NCBI GenBank assembly: GCA_024137785.1
Contig: JAHRHZ010000020.1
Location: forward strand, 51,732,234 to 51,796,233
Source: Ginglymostoma cirratum
Lineage: Eukaryota
DNA length: 64,000 bases
Reading direction: 5' to 3'
The position numbers and the translations under genes are program-made. How positions within the stretch are numbered: the stretch's first letter is position 1; every line of letters starts with the position of its first letter. Of this stretch, positions 49,641 through 62,700 are shown piece after piece. The notes under the pieces are model-generated. The model was not told where the DNA came from and ran no database searches. It worked only from the letters and a program-made list of their open reading frames with translations.

Positions 49641-50739
49641 AGCTGACAAGACGATATTTATATTAATCACTTTGAATGATATACTTTGCAGGATGATATT
49701 GATGAAAGGCATAATTGTTATATAACTTTTAGAAGGTTTGAAATGAAGATGCTTCTTTTTTGTCAGTAATGTTCTCTTTTCCGTTCCTTTCTGCTGTTCA
49801 ATGGACCCTGAAGGTTTTCCACAATGGTTATTTTAAATAGTGGTTACCACTTTTAAAATAGTAAAAGAACAGGTGAAAGCAACTTACAGCAGAAGAGACA
49901 TGATTCTTGACAAGTCACATGTATTGCAAATAGACGGCTGCTGAAGGACGCGCTGTTTCTTGTTGATGTGGCCTCCTCATAGATATTCACAGAAACGTTC
50001 ACTGAATAATGATCAAAAGGAATCCCCTTCCCCACTCAGAAACAACCTACAGTGTATAGTAATTTTAACAGAGTAAAATAGTTCAAGATGCTTCAGTTAG
50101 ATAATATCCTGCTTTGAAAATGTTTGTATTTATTTTCAAATTGACTCACCAGCAGTCCCCATCTCCGCACCCGCCCCCCCCCTTTGTTGCTGTAATCTCT
50201 TCCAGCCCCACCACAATCCAAGATATCAGTATCATGTAAAGCTGGTCTCTCAAACATCCTAGATTTAATCACTTCAACATTCAAGACTGTTCTTCAGCCA
50301 CACGGTTCCTAAGCTGTGGAACTGTCTCCCGAAGCTTCTCTGCACCTCTGAACCTTTCATGATATTCGTTAAGGCCGCCTCTTCGAATAGACATTTGGCC
50401 ATCTCCCGTACAACCTCTCTATGTGGCTTGGCATTTTATTTTGCTTTAGAATGCTCCCGGAAAGCACCTTTCTGTTAAAGACGCTATATAAAATATAAAT
50501 TTCTGTGGAAATGACATGAAATTTATTGAACATTGCAATAATACAATTTGGAATTGGAATTTTACCTCCCAGATTGATCAATGAGGTTTGCATTTTAAAA
50601 AAATGAGAGCAACAACGGATCAAAACCTGATGAACTTTACCACAGACACAGCCGCCAAAAAGCTGTAGGTATAAACCTGGTAAGTTTTGATTCATGTAGT
50701 GAAGCGCAGGAAAAAACAAAAGAGAGCGTGTAATGAAGA

Positions 50740-50862
50740 GAAGATAGCAAGAACTGCAGATGCTGGAGTCAGAGACAACACTGTTTGGAGCTGGAGGAAC
50801 ACAGCAGGCCAGGCAGCATCAGAGGAGCACGAAAGCTGACATTTCGGGTAGGGACCCTTGTT
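50740..50862 (-). mobile_element. Short hammerhead-type element, subfamily A
   Basis: gaactgcagatgctggagtcagaga...cagcaggccaggcagcatcagaggagcacgaaagctgacatttcgggtagggaccctt. Confidence 0.82.
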
Positions 50863-52344
50863 CTGTGTTCCTTTAGCTCCACAATGAAATGAAAAGCAGC
50901 CACTTGGCCCATCAAAACTATATCTTCCATAAACAATGGAGTCCATTCTACGTAAATAATCTCCCAAACATTGTAAAGCAAATTCCAGAGGTTTATCTTC
51001 GATTAGGAACAAGCCTTTAATCCACTGCCAAGCTATAAACAAAACAAGCTGTTTTAAATACCTCAAATTTTACAAAACCACTGATATTATCTTGTTCGAT
51101 TTAATCACCATAATCAGGCAAATCATTCAGATAAAGGAAATGAGTGAGGAGGTGTCACCACAAAAAGGTGTGTGTGTGTAAATAGACCACTCATGATGCA
51201 GGTTGGAGCACGTCAAACCTGTTCGAGATTATTGGTATATTCACTGGCAAATAAAAAAACTGTGGGACAGTTAAGTTGGAACAAACTTAACCAATACTAG
51301 CCACACACCACACCAGATATCCAAATCCACGTCGAATTCATAACCCAGGAGGAAAACCCAGTAAAACTTGCCAATGCCACTTTCTAATTTGACTTGTTTT
51401 GTATGCCCTGCTCATTTCCAAGTATTGGTGATTGTTTAGAACTGGTTTTCCTCTCTGGAAAATGAGCAATGTGGATCAAACACAGTCATCGGGTTTGTAA
51501 TCTCAAAATTCACTTGCGTGGAATACAGACGTCCACCCTTTGCTTTTTATCTCATCACTTTAGACAGCGCAAATGCATTAGATCATTGAGAGTCCTTGGT
51601 TACCAGATGGTGGCAAAACTACTTCAGTATACACTTGAGATATATTCACCTGCATTGTGAGATTAGCTGGGTGAATTTACCACTGGAATTGTTGAATATG
51701 AGTACACCAGTGTTGCTGGAGCTATGTATGGGATCCAACAAGGAGTTTGCTTGGAAAAGGCTAGCTTAGAAATGATTGCTCGCATAACCTGGCCCTTGGT
51801 GCTATAAAACAGGCCAGCATCCCTTCCCCCATGGCCAAGAGCAAGTCTGTGGCGACACTGAGCCTCTGGTGACCCATGGGGTATTAACAGAGCAGGATCC
51901 ATTCCCCCCCCAATCAACAGCACAAGACATGCTCTCTCGACTGCAGAGTCATCCCAGCCCACAAACCAAATTAAAACACAACAACTATTTGCCTTAAAGT
52001 TTGCTCTACTGTACCTGGGGTGAAATGCTTGACATCTACTTGGCTCAGCACTTTGGAATTCTCTTCCTCCCTGTCTGTGTTTTGTTGTATTCGTATCCAC
52101 ATTAAAGAATCTCCTCACAACTTGATTGTTCTCGACCAGGCCTCGAACCACTACCACAATGTTAGCATTATGACATTGAAAATTTACTCAGATTCAGTGT
52201 TACCTGTCACAAATTTACTTCAGTAATAATCTGGACCATATTCCTTTCATCCCAATATCTAGTTTAAACTATAGGGTGGCACAGGGTTTGTGACTGGGGT
52301 TCCTTATTCTGGACACTGGTTAGGGAATATCACCTCGTAGTACC

Positions 52345-52697
52345 ACAGAATCCCTACAGCATGGGAGCAGGCCTTTTGGCCCATTCAGTCCACACTGATC
52401 CTCCAAAGTGCATCCCACCCAGACCTGTCTCCTACCATATCCCTGTAACCCTGCATTTCCCATAGCTAAGCCAACTAACTATTACATCCCTAGACGCTGT
52501 GGACAATTTAGCATGGTCAATCCACCTAACCTGCTCATCTTTGGACTATGGGAGGAAACCAGGGCACTTGGAGGAAACCCACGCAGACCGAGGAAAACAT
52601 GCAAACTCCACACAGACAGTCGCCCAAGGGTGGAATCGAACCAGTATCCCCAGCGCTATGAGGGAGCAGTGCTAACCACTGAGCCACCTATTCTACC
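52345..52697 (-). mobile_element. HE1-like V-SINE
   Basis: Same head, V-domain and tail as the other copies. Confidence 0.88.
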
Positions 52698-54712
52698 ATA
52701 CAAATTACTTTCTCTGTGTAACGGGCAAAGTGTACAAAACGCTGTATCATAAGGCAGAACTTTAGATTATCATTTAGCTTAATTACAATTTTATTCAACT
52801 GAATAAATGCACTTTTTTTTGCAGCAAGAACAATTAATTTCCCAACAATACTTGATTGTGGAAGATAAAAGGCAACTTAAGAACTGTAAACGTGACCTCA
52901 TCTTCTCCAAGTGAATTTCTAAGCTAAGTTGCTTCAAACCTAAATATAGATAGCTACTTTCCTCTGCTATACAAACACAGACCAGTCTGTAAGTGTGAGT
53001 GAATGAGAGAAGAGAGACAGAGCATGAGTGACAGACTAGCAGACAGAGCGTGAGACACAGAATGACAAATAGAGACATAATGGTTGATGGTTCAGAGGCA
53101 GCACAAGCAAAATTCAAGTTTTCCACAGACACCACCTATAAATTCCCCTGCCCCGCTGCACCCTCAGTCCCCATCTAGAGCGTGATCAGCCCCTTCTGAA
53201 GCACCCTGAGACTTCCCCTAGCTCCAAAAACTTTGCTGCTTTTGACTTGTGTTTGGCGTTATTAATTGGTCGCAGTCGTAAAGATTGAAATCAGGAGCAG
53301 TCTGCGTGCGGTATCCAAGTGCAGGCCTGATTCCATCTGTCTGCAGTGCAGTGTTCTTGAGAATGACCCTCAAGCAAGATGTCGATTTGAAATGTGGCCC
53401 TAAACAAAAAGAAAACAAAGTGAGCAGCGTTGAGTTAAAATAACGCAGAAAGCGTTAATTTATAAATACATTCCTGTAAAATGAATAATAAATCGACTGT
53501 GTTTTATCACCATTTTTATGACATTCCCTGCAGTGTGTGTCTTGGTATCCAAGGCTTCAAGCACATAGGTGAAGATAAACTGCCACAATAGTTTGTAAAT
53601 ATGAGATATTTGTGAGATTCAGATTTCATTGCCTCCCTCTCCCATCTCTCAGGACGAGCAATGCAATTCATTTCACTGCCGTTTTGAACAAATTGTAAAT
53701 AATATTGGCTGAATTAACAATCCTGTGAGCACCCTTCAATATAATTCAATTTGATCTGAATTTGATTTTGAAAGGTTCTCCAGAAAAAGAACTTAAGATT
53801 CGTCACCTCCCGTTGGCAGTATTTGAGCATTAAATGTCTCTTTCTCTGTAAACAAGGGGACCACCACAGACAGCACGGAGGGCGTACAGGTGACATCAGA
53901 AACTGAGAGGTGACCCATGTCGAATGGTCAATCAAGTTTATTTGGAAACCAGGTAAAATCGTTCAGAAGTATCTGCATTATACTTGGCACCTCGTTGCAT
54001 TTCTGAAATGCATCAAAGCTCAATTACTTTGCAGTTAAAAAAGTCTGTGTACTCTCATCAGACCAAAGAGCTGTTCTCTTATTTGAGAGACAGGGCTGGT
54101 GGCAGTTTAAGCTGGGGGTGTCATTCTGCATCCCAAACCAGCCATCCAGCCAACTGAGCTAACTGACACTCACTGGTGTTGCACAAGAAAATAGGGTGGC
54201 CGTTTTGGGCACAGTGAAATCCCACAAGCAGCAGGATTAATGACAAGATAGATTTATCTATGTGTAGAGAGGAAGAATGTTGGCTAGGACCGCAGGATCA
54301 CACCCCTTGCTGTACTTTGAGTCTCTTTTGAGGTGGTGAAAATCTCATTATGAGGACAGCAGCTCTATAATTCAATGCTCCCAAAGTACTGACTGAATTT
54401 GGGTAGCCAATCATGCAATCAGAATGCAAGAGTGCAGTTTGGCATGATGATTTTTAAATATTATGTTTAGGAAAGCTTAGTAAAAGAAAGGAGCTTAGAA
54501 GAGTTCTCAGGTATATTTTGGCTAACCTTGATGAGTGTAGACATTTTAGTAAAGAGTTTGGGAGGGGACTATGCCCTGCTTGTACATATACACCAATATA
54601 CCCACTAGATAGTCAAATGCAATCCAAATCTTCTTCTACTGTTACCCAGTTATGCACGTTAACTGTGACATAAAAGGGGTTTACCCTACAACATGATATC
54701 CATGTATTAGTC

Positions 54713-54848
54713 AGAGATCATAGGAACTGCAGATGCTGGAGAAGCCGAGATAACAAGGTGTGGAGCTGGATGAACACAGCAGGCCAGGCAGCATCCTGCT
54801 CCTATGATGCTGCTTGGCCTGCTGTTTTCATCCAGCTCTACACCTCGT
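54713..54848. mobile_element. Collapsed palindromic subfamily A element with 16-bp TSD
   Basis: A minus-strand copy is joined to a plus-strand copy with both cores missing. tatccatgtattagtc at 54697-54712 and 54849-54864. Confidence 0.88.
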
Positions 54849-55199
54849 TATCCATGTATTAGTCCTTGTGAGATACATACTGTTGTGATTTTTATTTTAG
54901 AAGTTGAAATCCTGCTGATACTGATTCTCATGAATATCAAAATACTGATACTAAAAAACAAAGTGTATGATTCATCCAACTTGTGTAGGATGTATTCATC
55001 AAAGACACAATAGAGCCAAAAGCAATCCATTCTAAAACTCTGTCACCAAAATTCAAACAGGAGAATCAGAGAATGGGAGATACCAATTATATTTAATGGA
55101 GAAAACACTCTCAAAGAAGAGGTAACTTCAGTGTTCTTGCAAAGAATTAAAAATTATGATGCCAAACCAAAAATGTGAGGAAAACTTCCATTGAAGAAG

Positions 55200-55860
55200 A
55201 CAATTTTAAAGAGACGCTAAAAGAGGAAAGGAGAGGGATTTGAAGAGGAGCAGTTTACAGACGCAATTCCAGAATTAGTGACTTCAAACAGTTGCCAATA
55301 GTGAACAAAGGGAAGTGGAATACATCAGAGACTGGAGTCAAATAAAAAAATGAATTTATTGGTTTGGAGATGTTTCAGAAGTGGAAGAGTTGACCGATAT
55401 ATTGGTAAGACCATGAAAAGATTCAAGGTGTGACAATTTTAAATTTGAAATGTTGTCAGAATGGGAACCAGCAAGGACAAGTTCGCAAGTTAGTGGCATT
55501 TAGAGGGTTTGAAGATGCGAGACCCTCATGAAGACACTAGAGTAATTGAATCTGAAAAAGACGAGGTGAGAGTTTTGTTAGCAGATGTCAGGTGAGCCGT
55601 GTTAGCAAGATAAGGAGGGAACTTTGAGATGAAGAGTATGTAGATTTATTTACAAAGTCTGCTGAAAGCTGAACAGAAGAAAATTAAATTAAAGTTGTGA
55701 CTAGCCTGATTCAGACTGAAACAACAACAAGAGGAGGAGTATGGTCACTGGCAATGGTGTGGAGTTTGAAGCAAATATGACAGTCTTAATCTTGCCAATG
55801 ATCAGCTGTGGTATATACAGCTTTAGAAAAGACTGCATGTCAGCCAAGCAGGAGTGAATG
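55200..55860 (-). mobile_element. Highly decayed L2-like LINE fragment
   Basis: Purine-rich ttttaaagagacgctaaaagaggaaagg...aattccaga...aattttaaatttga...agagtaattgaatctg pattern, typical of antisense L2 3' regions. Confidence 0.4.
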
Positions 55861-56364
55861 AGTCAGAGGGGCGGCGGAGATAATGTGGTATATAAAGTAG
55901 GACTGAGTTTCCAGAACTTCACAGGAAGACTGCCAGGTCTCATGGGGGACCATTTGCAAGCATTTAGCTTTTGTGAACCAGCTTTCAATGTGACCTCAGA
56001 GCAAGGTTATGTGCATGTTCAAGTCTCACTGTCATTAATCACTGGGCTCAAACTGCGTGAACACTGCTCACCAAAGTTTTCTGACACGAGAGAGAGAGAG
56101 TAAATTTTAATTATGTCAATCTGGCTTCCATTCAAACTTACATCCTCAAAGTGTGAAAGGCTAGACTATCTACCTATGGGGTCAAAGGGTTATCAGAAAA
56201 CTCAGACCTTCAGTTTTTATTTCATTGGTATATCGTGGCATAAATGGTTATTTCCATCCCACCCCCACCAACATGACGCCATGTCTTAAAGCTGTCAGCC
56301 AGTTATATGGTTTATCTGGATAGCACTTTGGTTCTACTCGGGACTCCTTGCTTGGAGTCATTTA

Positions 56365-56662
56365 TAGAATGACAGAATCCCTGCAATGCGGAAAGACACC
56401 ATTCAGCCCATTGGGTCTGCACCAACCCTCCAAAGAGCATCCTACCCAGACTCAGCTCCTTACCCTATCCTCACAACCCCCACATTTACCATGGCCAATC
56501 CACCTAACCTGCATGTCTTTGGACTGTGGAAAGAAACGGGAGCATCTAGAGAAAACCCACGCAAACTTGGGAAGAATATCGGAGCTGTACGGTCACCCAA
56601 GGCTGGAATTGAATCTGGGTCCATGGTGCTGCAAGGCAGCAGTGCTAACCACTGTGCTGCCA
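56365..56662 (-). mobile_element. HE1-like V-SINE lacking one internal repeat unit
   Basis: Same family; has only one ccacctaacctgca unit. Confidence 0.85.
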
Positions 56663-58042
56663 TCATTTGGTTCACTGCATTTTTTTTCCAGCATAAATGG
56701 ATTACTGTCGTAAGACTTTGTTATTGAAGAGGTTAGGGAAGGGTGGGTGATTGCAGGGTTAACTATATTCCATTTTGTACGTGACTTACACTTTCTGGAT
56801 GGCCTGAAGTCAAAGAACTATGTTCCACTTCTACATGAATATCAACCGAAGCAAGGGAACTTTACTGAGCAAAACCAACTGCTGGTAATGTGAAAATGAT
56901 GTTGAGTTGAATGCTCATTTCAACTGGGAATAAGGCAGCTCCTTTCTTATGTCAGAGTGAATTTATTGCAATGATTGGCTGTACAAATTCAGATCTCCAG
57001 AGCCACTGGGATTGGGGGAGAAAGATACTAGGGTATTTCACGGCGATCAGAAACATTGTTGAGGGGCCAAGTATCTCAAAAGCCAGCTAGAGAACCAGCA
57101 AGACAAATGCTGCTTTTTCCCCAGGGCCAACTGACTGGAATCAGGACTCCCTCCCACAAGTCCTGCTGGCCAATCAGAGGCAAGTAGCTCTTTCTCTCAG
57201 CAGCGCCCCTGAAGCAGCTGTGGCTACAGCCAGAATTGCATTCTCCCAGATCTCAGGATAAAGGGAAGTGAGGCTGTGGTGTGGGCAGCTCAGAATCAAG
57301 GTGAGAAGAATAGTTTCCAACAGGCACCCCCATATTTGATGCCCAGTCTTGTGATTAGAAACTGATTTCCTTCGATTGAGGAACACCCTCCAACCGCACC
57401 ATGATAAGCTGCCCACAAAATGGGACTTGGTAATGTCAAGTTGGTGAAATAGTGAGGGGTACTCAGAAAATGGGTGAAATTGATTGGCTTTGAACAAGCA
57501 TACAAAGGGCACAGCCGGGATACTGGCGGTGAATACTGAGGAAATCTCTAAGACTGCATCCACGTGAATGAATGGTATTTGCCAAGGAAAAGCTCTGTGC
57601 CTTTGGTTCCTCGTTCACCATGAGACCGGGCTGTAGTTAACCTGCAACTGGTTTAATCCAGTGATGGCAAAGTGAGAGTCTCTGTATAAGGCCATCAGTT
57701 GGGAGTGGGGCAGATAATCGGCTTTCCAATACACAGCTTAATTCTGGTGCAACTGGCAGTGTGACCACCCGGTCCAATTGGGTGCCCATCCGGTTGCCAA
57801 GCTTACTAGCTTTGGCAGAAGATTCTACCCATTGGGTCAAATGTGGTAGCGCAGCTGTCTCACCATCAGAAATAAGTAACGGAATGAAGATTAGCAACAG
57901 ACTTCATTATACTTGAAAACAATGTCCTTTCTGTAACATGGAAGGCTACAGAGACATCTGCTTTCCAGCTGCCCTTTTAAATTGGGACATCTCATCAATA
58001 AACAGTGTTAATGTTGAGGAGAGGCAATGTACAGGTTTTGTG

Positions 58043-58157
58043 ATAACAAGGTGTGGAGCTGGATGAACACAGCAGGCCAGGCAGCATCAGAGGAGCAGGA
58101 AAGCTGGCGTTTCAGTTCTGGACACTTCTTCAGAAAGAAATCTCTTGTTGCCCTGCC
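58043..58157 (-). mobile_element. Short hammerhead-type element, subfamily A, with 12-bp TSD
   Basis: Minus strand reads CTGAAGAagtgtccagaactGAAACGC. acaggttttgtg at 58031-58042 and 58158-58169. Confidence 0.82.
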
Positions 58158-58532
58158 ACAGGTTTTGTGGCTGAGCAACAACAGCCAGATAGGTGCCCCT
58201 ACAGAGACCAATCTGATACTTAAACATAAGTTTTCTTCCTGTCCACTGCCTGTAGGATTAAGACTTGTACAAACTCTTATCTACTGAGAAGATCAGTAAC
58301 ATGAAACCAAGTGTGCACCCTCTTCTCTTCATTTATCTCGATCGGTGAAATTCCCATGCTTAAAATTGTGTCAAGATGAAACAAGATCAAGATGATCTGC
58401 TAACCTGCCTCTAAAAATCTAGTCCAACTAATAGCTTTGTCCCCTTCAATGGAAACTTGTCATTAAAGTAGTTAATTGCTGAAAATGAATCCACCTACTT
58501 GATTCAAATTCAAGCCGTTGGTCCCTGGTGCT

Positions 58533-58880
58533 CAGTGGCAACAGTGTGCACCATCTACAAAGGCGCACAACAAAAATTCACAGAGGATCCTCAGACAGCA
58601 CCTTCCAAACCCACGACCACTACCAACTAGAAGGACAAGGGCAGCAGATGCATGGGAACACCACCTCCTGCAAGTTCCCCTCCAAGCCACTCACCATCCT
58701 GACTTGGAAATGTTACCATTCCTTCAGTGTCACTGAGTCAAGATTGTGGAACTCCTTTCCAAATAGGCTGCAACAGGTCAAGAGACAGTTGGCCACTACC
58801 TCCTCAAGGGTACTGAGGGATGGGCAATAAAATGCTGCATCAGGCAATGACACCTGCACTCCCCGCCCCCTGAATAAAAA
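58533..58880 (+). mobile_element. 3' fragment of the same LINE family as 46820-47665
   Basis: ILRQHLPNPRPLPTRRTRAADAWEHH; tail tgaataaaaaa. Confidence 0.85.
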
Positions 58881-59552
58881 AGGTTAGGCATAAGCAAAGC
58901 AGATAATGTGCAGTTCTTGTAGGAAAAATACCTAATAGCTTTGAAAATCATGAGGTCAAGAAATAATCACAGACTGATTCCGACAATCATTGTCAACCAA
59001 TTGACTTTGGACCCAAGCCAGTGTTTGGTCTCAGTGAGATTCTTAATTGAACATGGTGCCTTTTTGGAAAATTGTAGTAAACAACCTATTCAAAATTAAA
59101 TTAAAACATCTCATCACATTGTTACACATCACTGGATCTTTAATGCATGCAGTATGCAAATGAAATATTGAGTTAGACAGTCAAATGGGCACAGTTTTAT
59201 GGGTATTTGATAGAAACACATTCTAAGTCATCGGATCTTGACAATTTTGCTTCTGGATAAAAGTTCTCCAAGGTCTTCTCCATGTGTCAAAAATTTATTT
59301 CAGTGCCCTTTTAATATTAAAGGTTGGATTGCTACAGTAACCGTTAGAAATATATGAAATTATCAGACTGGAGCTAATTGAATGACTTCACATATCATGG
59401 GTAATAAATTTTGGAGTTAATAATTACAAAGTACATACCTAAACTTTAATGTACAAACCTGCAGACTTTCTTCAATATGTTATTGTGACTTTTCTAAGGC
59501 TTGCCATATTATACAGTAACATAAAGATGCCTCAATAGGAACAATCCCTTTA

Positions 59553-59728
59553 GAGTCATCGGGTCAAAATCCTGGAACTCCCTCCCTAACAACATTGCAG
59601 GTATACCTACAGAACGTGGACTGCAATGGTTCAATAAGACAGCTCACCATCACCTTCTCAAGGGCATGTTGGAGTGGGCAATAAATGCTGTCCAGCTTGT
59701 GATGCCCACTTGCACTGAATGCATTAAA
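59553..59728 (+). mobile_element. Short 3' fragment of the same LINE family
   Basis: gggtcaaaatcctggaactccctccctaac...cagctcaccatcaccttctcaaggg. Confidence 0.8.
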
Positions 59729-62700
59729 AGGAGGAGTTGGTTTGATTATGTTTCTGCATTGCAGAGCTCTGATTCAGCACGCTGTTATAGAAAATGTACA
59801 ACCCAAGACAGAATTCCCTGCTCTGGCTGTTAAAATTATGGATTTAAAATTTTGATATTTTTCTAACTACTGATTACTTTGTGATTCCGACAACATCACT
59901 GAAACAAAATTTGACTGTGCGTTCAGCTCGGCAGTGCTTGTGATCTTGCTATGTGGAAACTAGGCTCCTGTATCTGCCAACATGACATTCGGGTAATTCA
60001 CTGACTCAAGTTGTTATGATTTGTACTGCTTTTCAGGTTTACGCTAACAACCAATTTAAGATTGATAGGTACTCGGTCTGTTACGCTTACGCATACTGGA
60101 AGATATATATATTTGAATACACTGAAAATCTGTTCTTTGTAGACAAAAGAATATAAACTTTCCAACTTGGCAAAATAGGTGACAACCATTCTTTGGCTCA
60201 TTTCTCAAGGCAACATCTTGACCAGTCAATCTGTTTGTTTAACTTGAAACAGAGCTTAGCAGTTAACTGTCAGTCAGCATCTACCTGCTGCATTCTCTGG
60301 CAGTACCTCTAGCAATCAGAGTCCACTTTCAACCAACAGCACTCTCTTGCCATAGAATATAAAATAATGCTCCCTTTCAAATTGCTGTTTTTGTGAATAT
60401 CCTGTCAAGTGCAAGATGAAAAGCTTGAACAAAATATGGTCTTTTTCCTTAAATTATTTTGTTGTGTATTACCAAAAAAGAAACTCTTTGTGATAAATGG
60501 CCATCTACTGAGTAACTTTTAAGTCAATGTTTGGAGGGGAGTATCATGTAACACCAGTCGAGGGTGATCCCACCACCCATAATCCCCACACCTACAATCT
60601 CCTCCCTCCCTTTGGAAGGAGATTATCTGCTGCATTTGGAGGAGATCCAAACTCACGGTAGCCAACTTGTTGTATTGTACAGTTTAATTGAGGATTAACA
60701 AAAGTAATTTCCGCATTTAAGATGAGTAAATCTGAAATGGAACAAAACTGAAAGTGTCTTGTCTCAAGCAATTGTGACTTGGTCGAGATGTTTGAATTAA
60801 ATCGTGCCAACCCAGGTGAGATGTGTATGCTTTGGTGAAAATGGGCCTGTGACTTTAAATGTCACTTTAGCCTTTTTTCTACTGAATTCATCGTGGAGAT
60901 TACATCTGTCCAATATTGTTTCCTTAGGAAATTTCTACACAGGACGCAACATGAATAACGTGTCTGACAAGCAATCCCTCCCTTGATTGCCCTTCATAAT
61001 CTTAGCTGCAACCTTTCTTGGACTATTTTACTTCATTTAAGGTCAGCAGTCCTCTGAACTTTCTTCTTTCGTTCCCTCCAGCCTGCAAACGTGACGGTTT
61101 CCATCCAGCCTCTGTTGAAGACTCCAAGTCTACCTCATTGTTCTCAAAAGCTTCAAACTTTTGACAGCCCACAATTTTGTTTTACTCTGACGGACTTCAG
61201 ATTTTGAAAACTTAAATCAAAATCCAAAGTACAACTGATGTCTTCTTGTTAGCATTTTGTCTGATCTTTTTAAAGAAAGAAACAAAATTACAGTGTCGAA
61301 AATTAACAAACAAGAGGTTTAAAACTAAAATGTCAATCCCTGGGCCAAAAGGAAAGTTTGGGTTTGAAGTGCTGCTCAAATCTACACATGAAGAACAATA
61401 TTTGCAGGGTAGAACGATAATTATGATTGTAATCATATTGCATCAAATAAAACATGTACATTCCTCAGTTATAAAGCGGAGGACAGGAAACCACGAGATG
61501 CCTCGTGCCGCTAATTAACAATATGTTACCAGCATGTTAGTATCAGGAGCTAATTTACAGGCAACATTCCTAACAGCTGTTGGTTAAAGGCCAGTCAGCT
61601 TGAGGGCTGTGACTCTGGCATCTGAATTTGGCAGATTCCAGATTGCAGGAAGAAATGTACAAGGGCGAGGGGCTGTTGAAGTGATCCTGTTTCAAAAAGG
61701 GAAGATGTGTAGGGACTTGGAGAGAAGCCAAAAGCAGCAGAGTGCAGATAAACGAGACCCAGAAATTGGCTAAGCTCACCGGTCACTTTCAGCAAAGGCA
61801 GGCAATACTTTTGAGAAGCAAAACCAAGACATTGGCTGAAGGACTGCAAAACGGTCTAGGGAAGAATCGTGGGAAAACAATATTTGGACACAAATTTTAA
61901 AGGAAGCAATCTTTTTACAGGTGAGGATAAGAGAAAATAAATTTAACTTAGCCAGAGACGATTCCAGATTATAGGTAGAATTAGCACCACCATCTGTAAC
62001 TGGTACCTTTCCTGAATCAATTAATTCTGTTAATTATGAGAATTTACTCACCAGCTATTGCAATTATTAATAAATATATTTATGATTATGGAAAATAATG
62101 GAGCAAATATTCCTACATTGAAGCCTTCCACAGATATTTTAAGTTTCGTAAAGAAAATAATGGTAAAACAAAATTTGTATCAATAGGCTGTAGGTGTTTA
62201 CATAAGAACTAAACACAAATTGGGGCCATTGATCTTCGTGCTGGAAAGTTACCTGGCTTACTGAAACTGAGTGATTAAGCTTTTATTTAAATTCCCTCAT
62301 TTGGTGTCTTGTTAATTTTCTATTGATTCTAAGGTTCACTGGTGTAATTGTCTACTCCTCTCCTGAAGCCTTTGAGACCACCGGATCAGACGCTCCACCG
62401 TTATCGGGATCTTGCTTCACATCAGAGTCATAACAGAGTAAGAGAGTAGATCATTCCCTTACAAAGTGAGGCAAAGCTTTAATCTGTCTTTACCAATGTT
62501 CAAGCATGCACCGACAACTCTCATTTACATAGTACCTTTAATGTAATTAAATGTCCCACTTTGATCATTTCAATGCCACTTCACTGACATCAGCCCTTTA
62601 CTCTAAGAAATTAGATCATGAATTAATATTTTCAAGTTGCAGTGGTGGAATTTGAACACTTATTCGCTGGGTTATTATTCTCGTAAGATAGTAACTACAT

